From NCBI GenBank assembly GCA_963838925.1, contig CAWISW010000001.1, positions 224,001-288,000 of the forward strand: a DNA stretch of 64,000 nt, in the 5' to 3' direction. This DNA is from an uncultured Nitrososphaerota archaeon (GTDB lineage: Archaea; Thermoproteota; Nitrososphaeria; Nitrososphaerales; Gagatemarchaeaceae). This document shows, one piece after another, positions 56,287 through 64,000 of this stretch. Position 1 is the first letter of the stretch. Every line of letters starts with the position of its first letter. Under the pieces are notes generated by a model. That model was not told where the DNA came from. It saw only the letters and a list, made by a program, of their open reading frames with translations, and made no database searches. Both the position numbers and the translations under genes were made by a program.

Positions 56287-58446
56287 ATGGTGATAGACTA
56301 CAGTCTCCTAGCCGTGGGCGGGGCGCTCGTAGCGCTCGTCTATGCTGTCGTGCTCATCTTCAACGTAAGGTCGCATAACGCAGGCACCCCCAAGATGCAG
56401 GAGATAGCTGGCGCCGTGAGGGAGGGCGCCAACGCCTTCCTCTCGAGGGAGTACAGGGTCATCGCGCCCGTCGCGGTCCTCGTCGCCGCCGCGATCTACA
56501 TCTTCATCGACATCCCGCTCGGCACGGGCGGTGCCATAACAGTCGGGTTCGTCTTGGGCGCCGGCCTCTCGGCCTTCGCTGGCTACGTGGGGATGGCGAT
56601 AACGGTCCGGACGAGCTCGAGGACGGCAGAGGCCGCGAAGAGCGGGCTCGGCGACGCCCTCACCGTCTCCTTCAGGGGCGGGAGCGTGATGGGCATGGCG
56701 GTCGTCGGCTTCGGGCTGCTCGGACTGTCGCTCTTCTACATCGCGTACCAGGGGACGATCACCGCGAACCCCGCCACGATGGCGGGGCTGGGCTTCGGCG
56801 CGTCGTTGATCGCCATGTTCATGAGAGTCTCGGGCGGCATCTACACCAAGGCTGCCGACGTCGGCGCTGACCTCGTAGGGAAGGTCGAGGCGAACATCCC
56901 AGAGGACGACCCCCGCAACCCTGCCGTCATCGCCGACAACGTTGGCGACAACGTAGGCGACTGCGCAGGTATGGGCGCTGACGTGTACGAGTCGTTCGTC
57001 GTCACGGCCATCGCGGCGGTGATACTCGGCGGGCTCGTCCAGCTCGCAGTCAAGGGAAGCAGCCTCCCGTCCCAGCTCCTTTCGGTCGTCTCTGCGAACC
57101 AGCTGATACTCTACCCTCTCACCTTGGGGGTCGCGGGGATTGTGGGCTCAATAGTGGGCGGCTTCTACATACGACGCTCGATAAAGTCGAAGCCCATGGC
57201 AGCGCTGAACGTGTCGCTGATGATCGCCGCTGTGATCACGGTTGCGATCGACTACTTCATCGGTCAGTCGCTCTTCGGGGGCAACCCGATTGCGTATTGG
57301 CTCTTCGGCAGCGCCGTCGTCGGGGTCGTGGTGGTCATCGTGATAGAGAGGGTGGCAGACTACTTCACGTCGTACCTCTTCCCGCCCGTCCGGCACATCG
57401 CCGAGGCGAGCCAGACCGGGGCCGCGACCAACTTCTTGGCGGGCTTCTCCACGGGGCTGCAGAGCACGGCCCCCTCGGCCGTGGTGCTCGTCGTCGCCCT
57501 CTTGATCTCATACTACCTTGGCTACTACGGCTCGGGCTCTGACACCCTGATGGGGGTATACAGCACCGCCATCGCGACGATGTCCATGCTCTCCCTCACC
57601 GGAGCCATCATGTCGATCGACTCGTTCGGGCCCATCACCGACAACGCCAACGGGATAGCCGAGATGGCGGGGCTCGAGGGCAACGTGCGCGTCGTGACCG
57701 ACGAGCTCGACGCCATCGGTAACACCACCAAGGCGACCACCAAGGCCTTCGCGGTCATGTCGGCCGCGCTCGCCGCGGTCTCCATCTTCGAGGCGTTCCA
57801 GAGCGAGGTCAACAGGCAGATCGCGCTCCACGACCTCTTCTCAAAGTACGGGCTCCCGCCCGGCGGGACCCTCTCCTTCACACTTAGCGACCCTCACGTG
57901 ATAATCGGGCTCTTCATCGGAAGCCTGCTCCCGTTCTACTTCTCCAGCTTCCTCATCCAGGCCGTGGGCCGCGCCGCGATAAAGATGGTCAACGAGGTTA
58001 GGCGCCAGTTCAAGGAGATTCCCGGCATCATGGAAGGGACAGGGAAGCCCGACTATGCAAAGTGCGTCGACATCAGCACGGCGGCTGCCATCAAGGAGCT
58101 TGCTGCGCCCGCGGTGCTCGCAGTCCTCACCCCGCTGGTCGTCGGCTTCGTCCTCGGTCCGCTCGCCCTCGGAGGGGTCCTGATAGGAAGCGTCATCGCG
58201 GGCGTCTACTTGGCGTTCACCATGACCAACAGCGGCGCCGCCTGGGACAACGCGAAGAAGTACATCGAGACCGGTGCCTTCGGAGGCAAGGGGACGCCCA
58301 CACACGCTGCGGCGGTCATGGGCGACACGGTCGGAGACCCGTTCAAGGACACGGCAGGGCCGGCGATCAACTCGCTGATCAAGGTCCTGAACACGATCTC
58401 TATCGTCTTCGTCTCGGCCATAGTGCTCTACGCCCTCTTCGTCTGA
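56287..58446 (+). CDS. hppA: Membrane H+-translocating pyrophosphatase, K+-independent signature
   Basis: DVGADLVGKVE, DNVGDNVGD, GNTTKA, GDTVGDPFKD. Confidence 0.95.
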   Translation: MVIDYSLLAVGGALVALVYAVVLIFNVRSHNAGTPKMQEIAGAVREGANAFLSREYRVIAPVAVLVAAAIYIFIDIPLGTGGAITVGFVLGAGLSAFAGYVGMAITVRTSSRTAEAAKSGLGDALTVSFRGGSVMGMAVVGFGLLGLSLFYIAYQGTITANPATMAGLGFGASLIAMFMRVSGGIYTKAADVGADLVGKVEANIPEDDPRNPAVIADNVGDNVGDCAGMGADVYESFVVTAIAAVILGGLVQLAVKGSSLPSQLLSVVSANQLILYPLTLGVAGIVGSIVGGFYIRRSIKSKPMAALNVSLMIAAVITVAIDYFIGQSLFGGNPIAYWLFGSAVVGVVVVIVIERVADYFTSYLFPPVRHIAEASQTGAATNFLAGFSTGLQSTAPSAVVLVVALLISYYLGYYGSGSDTLMGVYSTAIATMSMLSLTGAIMSIDSFGPITDNANGIAEMAGLEGNVRVVTDELDAIGNTTKATTKAFAVMSAALAAVSIFEAFQSEVNRQIALHDLFSKYGLPPGGTLSFTLSDPHVIIGLFIGSLLPFYFSSFLIQAVGRAAIKMVNEVRRQFKEIPGIMEGTGKPDYAKCVDISTAAAIKELAAPAVLAVLTPLVVGFVLGPLALGGVLIGSVIAGVYLAFTMTNSGAAWDNAKKYIETGAFGGKGTPTHAAAVMGDTVGDPFKDTAGPAINSLIKVLNTISIVFVSAIVLYALFV

Positions 58447-58486
58447 GAACGGGGCGCTCAGCCCGCGCAAGCGTTGCTTGGACCCT

Positions 58487-58618
58487 CTAACCCTGCTTTA
58501 TCCTGACGTCGCTTACCAAGCAGGCTGGACACCTCAGGCTGACCCTCGTCGCGGTCTCGGAGACAACGGCCATGGCGGAGCCGCAGCAGGGGCATGCCGG
58601 CGGGCTAGTGTCCCCCAC
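58487..58618 (-). CDS. 43-aa zinc-ribbon microprotein
   Basis: MGDTSPPACPCCGSAMAVVSETATRVSLRCPACLVSDVRIKQG. Confidence 0.55.
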   Translation of the reverse strand: MGDTSPPACPCCGSAMAVVSETATRVSLRCPACLVSDVRIKQG

Positions 58619-58652
58619 ATTCGACCAACGCCCGGAGCGATTGGTGGTTTCG

Positions 58653-59027
58653 CTACTTGTTCGCGACAGCCTCGATCTCGACGAGGATGTCGTCCCGGGG
58701 GAAGCCCGTGACGAGCGTCGCCCTCGCGGGCTTGTGCTTGCCGAAGAACTTGGCGTAGGCCTCGTTCATCTCCTTGAACGTCGAGCCGTCCTTCAGGAAG
58801 ACCGTGGTCTTCACGACGCTCTCCTCTGAGGTCCCCGCAGCCTTCAGCACGGCCTTGAGGCTGGCGAGGGCTCGCTCCGTCTGTTCCTTGACGCCGCCGC
58901 CCACCATCTTCCCGGTCTTGGGGTCAATCGCTATCATCCCTGAGACGAAGACGAGGTTCTTCACCACGATCGCTTGAGAGTACGGACCAATCGGCTCGGG
59001 AGCCTTCTTCGACTTTATTGCTTTCAA
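58653..59027 (-). CDS. ridA: RidA/YjgF enamine deaminase
   Basis: APEPIGPYSQA, SG, VKTTVFL, PAR, VEIEA. Confidence 0.92.
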   Translation of the reverse strand: MKAIKSKKAPEPIGPYSQAIVVKNLVFVSGMIAIDPKTGKMVGGGVKEQTERALASLKAVLKAAGTSEESVVKTTVFLKDGSTFKEMNEAYAKFFGKHKPARATLVTGFPRDDILVEIEAVANK

Positions 59028-59077
59028 GATGACACTGCGAATCGTTCCGGCGCTTTTATCCTTTCCAGCGGCCGAGC

Positions 59078-60142
59078 CTAGTGTGAGGTCGCCGGCAGGA
59101 CGACTACCGTCCCGGTCATCCAGGGATGGTAGATGCAGCGGTAGGGGTACGTCCCGGGAGTCGTGAACGTGTAGGAGAAGGTCGAGCCCGGCGGTATCGA
59201 TCCCGATGCGAAGGTCCCGTTGTTGCCAGTGACTGTGTCGTACGCGAGCGAGTGGCTGACCCAAGTGACTGTGTTGTTCACCCCGAGGACGACCGTGATG
59301 GCCTGGGGGTAGTAGTTCCAGGTGACGGGGGTCTCGACTATGAGCACCTGGACCGAGCTGCTCGTGTGGGAGGGCGGAGGAGTGGCGGCTATCGCCACCG
59401 CGCTCGAGGCGAAGAAGCCGACCAGGACCGCAATCATCACGACTATGGAGACGGCGTTTACGACCCTTCCAGCCCGTGTGAGCCCTGAGCCCTCGCCGCC
59501 TTCCGAGCGGCGCCTCGGCGGGCTCGGCGCGTCGAACGGCCCCTCCCCGAACGCGGAGACCTCCCTGAACCAGGCCCTGTTCCTGAATATCAGGTAGAGG
59601 ATCCCCGTCCAGTAGAAAGGGCCCACGCTGAACATCACTAGCCCGAGGACCCCTTGGTCGGCGAGGGAGTAGAGCGGGTACAGCTTGTAGCTGGAGATCA
59701 GGGCGAGCCCGTACCCGAAGTGGCCGAAGAACCCCAGTATGAGCACGTCTATCTTCGCGCGGTCGGAGAGGGTCTGGAGCGTCGACCCGATCAGGATCCC
59801 GACGAGGAGGAAGCTGAAGTGCTCCACCGCGTGTATCGAGGGGTTTAGGACCGCGGCGTCCCAGTTCTCGGGAAGGTGCCAGAAGGTGATTATCACGATG
59901 ATCAGCGCGAGCGCGGGGTACGCCGAGTTCTTGCCCTCGATGCTCCTGAAGTAGCCCTTCCTGTGCAGAGGGTAGGCTATCATGACGCCGGCCATCACGA
60001 TGATGATGTGCTGGATCATGTGGGTCGTCAGGTCGAGCGTCGTCGCGTCGTCGAAGGGCGGGTAGCCTATCGAGAAGATGAAGAGCACAGCACCCATGAG
60101 AGGGACGGAGTACAGCCAGTCCAGCCAGGACTTTGCGCTCAT
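59078..60142 (-). CDS. CtaG/caa3-type oxidase assembly factor fused to a cupredoxin domain
   Basis: HMIQH, WHLP and HAVEH TM motifs; C-terminal YRCIYHPWMTG. Confidence 0.8.
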   Translation of the reverse strand: MSAKSWLDWLYSVPLMGAVLFIFSIGYPPFDDATTLDLTTHMIQHIIIVMAGVMIAYPLHRKGYFRSIEGKNSAYPALALIIVIITFWHLPENWDAAVLNPSIHAVEHFSFLLVGILIGSTLQTLSDRAKIDVLILGFFGHFGYGLALISSYKLYPLYSLADQGVLGLVMFSVGPFYWTGILYLIFRNRAWFREVSAFGEGPFDAPSPPRRRSEGGEGSGLTRAGRVVNAVSIVVMIAVLVGFFASSAVAIAATPPPSHTSSSVQVLIVETPVTWNYYPQAITVVLGVNNTVTWVSHSLAYDTVTGNNGTFASGSIPPGSTFSYTFTTPGTYPYRCIYHPWMTGTVVVLPATSH

Positions 60143-60334
60143 GAAGCGGGCTGCCTCGCAGTCTCGCCCGTGGCGATAGTGGATTGAAGGCGCGCGTTAG
60201 TTGTGCGCTCTACGATTGGAAGGCTGATGCCGGACGACAACTCCTTTGCTCCTTCGGGTTGAAAGTCGCCCGATTCTCGCCCATGTAAAAGGTTCGCTCG
60301 TGGGCCGTTATTAGACGGCGCCGTCTTCGAGGGC

Positions 60335-61169
60335 ATGGGGAGCAAGCTAGGAATAAGGAAGAGGCCCACCGTTGAGCGGGAAGAGCTCTATCGCCTCGTC
60401 CTCAACCTGAGGAGAGAGGGCCTCAGCTACGGTGCCATCATCAGGAGGGTGGAGACGGAGCGCGGGGTGCGGCTCGGCAAGTCCCACGTCTCGGATTGGG
60501 TAACCGGGAAGCACAAGCCGTTCGGGTACGTCAGGACGTTCGATTCTAAACCTTGCACCGAACTTGCCTATGTTATCGGCGTGAGCCTCGGCGACGGCTC
60601 AACGAGCAGCAACCGGAAACACAGCCACATGATTAAGCTCAGGGTGATCGACAAAGAGTTCGCCGAGGAATTCGCGAGATGCCTTGGAGTGCTGCTCAAC
60701 AGGCCCCCGCCGCTGGTGAAATGGCGCGAAGAAGACTCGCTCTTGGCATACGCAGGTCTCAAGCCTGCTTTTGCAAAGGTTCCTGCGGCAGGACTTGAGA
60801 AACCTCATTCCAACGATATCGCATTGTGACGAGTGCAAGGCAGCATTCCTCAGAGGGTTCTTCGACTCTGAAGCTGGAGTCAGCGGGCGGGTTCTTCGAG
60901 TGTCCAATGGTGACAAGGACCTTCTTGGCTTGGTTTGTCAGCTCCTTGATTCTCTTGGGATAGAAACAACTGGAATCCATCTTACGAAGAAAGGAGGAGG
61001 GCTTGTCCTCATCAAAGGAAAACTCTACCGACAGAACTTGGACCAAATGTACGTCTATGTGAGGTCGCGGTCACTGAGTGCGTTTCGAGAGAGGGTCGGG
61101 TTCATTGTCTTTCGAAAGGCCGAGGCCCTTGACGATGCCTTGAGCAACCATCAAAAGCCTCCGTACTAG
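60335..61169 (+). pseudogene. Free-standing two-motif LAGLIDADG endonuclease with N-terminal HTH, frameshifted near 60730
   Basis: LAYVIGVSLGDGS and FLRGFFDSEAG motifs in different frames. Confidence 0.8.
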
Positions 61170-61232
61170 TCCATTTGACCTGATTTAGGCGATTTAGGGA
61201 AAAAGAAGGTCAAAACGAGCTAATGACCAAAA

Positions 61233-61325
61233 AGGTGGGAGTGGGAATCGAACCCACATGAATGCGCTTTCCGTCTCGTCATCGAGAAACTGCAGGCGCA
61301 CGCGTAACCAATCCGCCATCCCACC
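61233..61325 (-). tRNA. tRNA-Cys(GCA) with 21-nt intron at 37/38 (61269-61289)
   Basis: GGTGGGA/TCCCACC acceptor stem, U73, TGCGC CT GCA G [intron] A GCGCA. Confidence 0.9.
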
Positions 61326-61443
61326 AAATCTTCGTGTGTTGGTCGCTCGCACCGTCGAGTAAATATGCGTTGACGCGGGCCTAACCCGTTAGTGCCCGGC
61401 TGACAAGACTTATATGAAATATTCAAGGTGGCCTAGTCGCTGC

Positions 61444-62115
61444 ATGCTGTACTCGCTTCCTTTAGATGCGACACCGCCGACAGTAGCAATCTGGACGACA
61501 CTCTCCAACTACTACGTGTTCCTTGGCACCGCAGCCGGAGTGATCGTCGGCGCCTTTATGATTTATCAGATAGCAAAGAACCGCGTCAAGCCGGGCAGGC
61601 CGGTCCCAGCCTTCCACGAGGAGGAGGGCGACTGGGGCAACTGGAAGGGGGTCGTCCTTACCCTGTGCATCACCGGCTCCGTCCTCGCGTTCGTAGAGTA
61701 CCAGACCTTCGCATCGGCCAACCTCATCGCGATTCCAAAAGACCCCAATTCTCTAAACATCGGTGTGGTCGGCAGGCAGTTCGCGTGGAGCTTCACGTAT
61801 CCCAACGGCTTCACAGACTTCCAGAACCTTACGGTCCCCGCGGGCCAGATCGTGATCCTCAACATCACCTCTGCCGACGTCACGCACGGATTCTACATAC
61901 CCGAGCTGCTCGTGGCGAAAGACGCGCAGCCCGGGATCTACACGCAGCTGTGGTTCAACGCGACCCAGACGGGCACCTTCACGATCGAGTGCAGACAGAT
62001 ATGCGGAGTCGGACACGCCCTGATGCTCTCGAAGCTGGTGGTCCTCCCAGCCTCGCAGTACAACTCTTGGTACTCCAAGCTCCCGGCCGCGCCGGCTGGA
62101 AAGGGAGGCGCGTAA
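61444..62115 (+). CDS. coxB: Heme-copper oxidase subunit II
   Basis: Two TMs, QFAWSF, DVTHGF, CRQICGVGHALM CuA motif. Confidence 0.92.
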   Translation: MLYSLPLDATPPTVAIWTTLSNYYVFLGTAAGVIVGAFMIYQIAKNRVKPGRPVPAFHEEEGDWGNWKGVVLTLCITGSVLAFVEYQTFASANLIAIPKDPNSLNIGVVGRQFAWSFTYPNGFTDFQNLTVPAGQIVILNITSADVTHGFYIPELLVAKDAQPGIYTQLWFNATQTGTFTIECRQICGVGHALMLSKLVVLPASQYNSWYSKLPAAPAGKGGA

Positions 62116-62121
62116 CGGAGC

Positions 62122-64000
62122 ATGAACGCCTGGCTCTCGCGCTGGCTGTACACGACCAACCACAAGGACGTCGGCCTCCTCTACATCGTCGGCTCGATGT
62201 ACTTCGGCTTCATAGGCGCAGTCCTGATCCTGCTGGTGAGGGTCGAGCTCGCGATACCGGTGTGCGCGGCAGGAGTCAAGGGCATGTGCTGGCCGAGCGC
62301 CACCCAGACGTTCCTGAGCGCCTCCGCCTTCAACCAGGCCGTCACGCTGCACGGCCTCATCATGATCCTCTGGTTCCTCTCTCCCCTCGCGATCGGCCTC
62401 GCCAACTACTTCCTCCCTCTGCAGATAGGCGCATCCGACCTCGCGCTCCCCAGAGTGAACGCCCTTGGCTACTGGCTCTGGCTCTTCGGAGGGGTCGTCG
62501 CGACGATCGGCTTCTTCATGCCAGGCGGGAACACAGCTGGCGGCTGGACCGCGTACGCGCCGCTCTCCTCCTCAGGCTTCAGCCCGGGCCCCGGGCCGAC
62601 GATGGCCTTCGCGGGCCTCATCATGCTGGCGACCTCGATCACCGTCGGCTCGGTCAACATCCTCCTGACCGTCGCGGTCCACCGCGGGCCAGGGATGACG
62701 TGGCGCAAGATCCCGATGTTCAGCTGGTTCATGCTCTTCACGATCATCGCGATGCTCTTCTCGTTCCCGTCGCTCCTTGCGGCGCTGGTCCTCCTGATAT
62801 CCGACAGGGTGCTGGGCACGATGTACTTCACGGCCTCCGCGGGAGGCTCGATTCTCTGGGACGACCTCTTCTGGTTCTTCGGCCATCCGGAGGTCTACGT
62901 GGTGCTGCTCCCCGCTTTCGGACTTATCGCTGAGATATTCCCGGTCTTCACGGGAAGGCCCCTCGCAGAGAAGAACATCATCCTCATCTGCACCGGGGCG
63001 ATCGTCATCCCCCTCAGCTACATGGTGTGGTCGCACCACATGTTCCTGACTGGCGTCACCCTCAGCGAGGACGAGGCCTTCAGCGTCGCGACCATCCTGA
63101 TCTCCCTCCCGTTCGACGTCATCACGCTCGCCTTCATCAAGACCCTGACCAAATCCACGATCCGCCTGACGGCTCCGATGCTCTTCTGCATCGGCTCAGT
63201 CTTCCTGTTCATCATCGGAGGCATCACCGGGGTCTTCCTGTCCTCCTTCGTGCTGGACGTGGTCTACAACAACACGTACTTCGTCGTGGGCCACTTCCAC
63301 TACGTCATGGTCGGAGCCGCGATCTTCGGCCTGATCGCCGGTCTGTACTACTACATCCCCAAGATGACGGGCAAGATGTACAACGAGAAGATGGCGAACT
63401 GGCACTTCATCACCTCGTTCATCGGCTTCAACGTCCTCTACTTCCCGATGTTCTTCCTCTACGACATGCCGAGGAGGATCTACACGTACCAGTCACTGCC
63501 CAGCTGGAACACGCTCAACCTGATCTCGACGGCGGGCGCGTTCATCTTCGCGCTCTCGCAGATCCTCCTCCTCGCGAACATAATCTTCACTCTCAGGAAG
63601 GGGAAGATAGCGCCCCTCAACCCGTGGGGCGCCACCACTCCTGAGTGGGTCCCGATAATCACAGGCGCCTCCCATGGCGCGGAGGTCGGCTCGCTGCCAG
63701 CCACGGCGGGCGCGGAGCACCACACGGGACACCTGAGCTCGAGGCCCATATGGCTCGCGACAGGGATCGGGATCAGCTTCCTGGGGCTCTCGCTCCTCAT
63801 GTACTCGTGGGGCCTGGCGATCTTCCTCGCAGGATGCGCGGTGTGCGCGTTCGGCATCATAGGGTGGATGATGGACGACCTCCACGAGACGTTCCACATG
63901 CCGGAGGAGCTCACCGAGAGCTGGCCGTTCAACGCCATCCCGAAGATGCGGCTCGGGATGTGGATCTTCCTCTCGACCGACGTCATAGTCTTCGGCGCGA
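62122..64000 (+). CDS. coxA: Heme-copper oxidase subunit I, apparently fused to subunit III; runs off the window
   Basis: TTNHKDVG, LHG, DLALPRVN, FWFFGHPEVY, WSHH, HFHY, MPRR; continues in frame to LGMWIFLSTD. Confidence 0.93.
   Translation, partial: MNAWLSRWLYTTNHKDVGLLYIVGSMYFGFIGAVLILLVRVELAIPVCAAGVKGMCWPSATQTFLSASAFNQAVTLHGLIMILWFLSPLAIGLANYFLPLQIGASDLALPRVNALGYWLWLFGGVVATIGFFMPGGNTAGGWTAYAPLSSSGFSPGPGPTMAFAGLIMLATSITVGSVNILLTVAVHRGPGMTWRKIPMFSWFMLFTIIAMLFSFPSLLAALVLLISDRVLGTMYFTASAGGSILWDDLFWFFGHPEVYVVLLPAFGLIAEIFPVFTGRPLAEKNIILICTGAIVIPLSYMVWSHHMFLTGVTLSEDEAFSVATILISLPFDVITLAFIKTLTKSTIRLTAPMLFCIGSVFLFIIGGITGVFLSSFVLDVVYNNTYFVVGHFHYVMVGAAIFGLIAGLYYYIPKMTGKMYNEKMANWHFITSFIGFNVLYFPMFFLYDMPRRIYTYQSLPSWNTLNLISTAGAFIFALSQILLLANIIFTLRKGKIAPLNPWGATTPEWVPIITGASHGAEVGSLPATAGAEHHTGHLSSRPIWLATGIGISFLGLSLLMYSWGLAIFLAGCAVCAFGIIGWMMDDLHETFHMPEELTESWPFNAIPKMRLGMWIFLSTDVIVFGA

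Noticed and set aside
58447-58652. Structured ncRNA (SRP/RNase P) in the GC-rich gap
   Set aside because: No conserved SRP or RNase P motifs seen; explained by a small zinc-ribbon ORF.
60143-60334. att duplication of tRNA-Cys bounding the LAGLIDADG gene
   Set aside because: No copy of the tRNA-Cys 3' end found; likewise none noticed for tRNA-Arg or tRNA-Glu.

Overview
High-GC archaeal chromosomal segment. Evidence for archaeal origin: histone, TFB-like factor, Rps17e, KEOPS Cgi121, SAMP, deoxyhypusine synthase and an intron-containing tRNA-Cys. The gene repertoire suggests a non-ammonia-oxidising Nitrososphaerota/TACK lineage (inference). Most of the window is housekeeping: ABC exporters, pst/phoU operon, TldD/E, M1 aminopeptidase, thiI, argS, PPi-type PfkA, aldolase, TIM, GDH, t6A genes, H+-PPase, a cox operon and four tRNAs (Gln-CTG, Arg-CCG, Glu-CTC, Cys-GCA). 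Three structures stand out. (1) An integrase-less, integron-like array of four ~0.44-0.74 kb gene cassettes lies downstream of tRNA-Gln; each cassette is bounded by a copy of the tRNA 3' end plus related flanking arms. (2) A single-motif LAGLIDADG endonuclease has inserted into the deoxyhypusine synthase gene. It supplies a recoded replacement 3' end containing the catalytic Lys and leaves the original 3' end stranded downstream. (3) A Tad/type IV pilus locus is coupled to a membrane-associated HerA/VirB4-like ATPase. Also present: a second free-standing LAGLIDADG gene at tRNA-Cys, tandem surface-protein paralogues sharing a 119-bp identical block, several microproteins missed by the ORF track, and three single-base frameshifts that may be assembly errors. 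All calls come from reading motifs by eye; no database searches were run.
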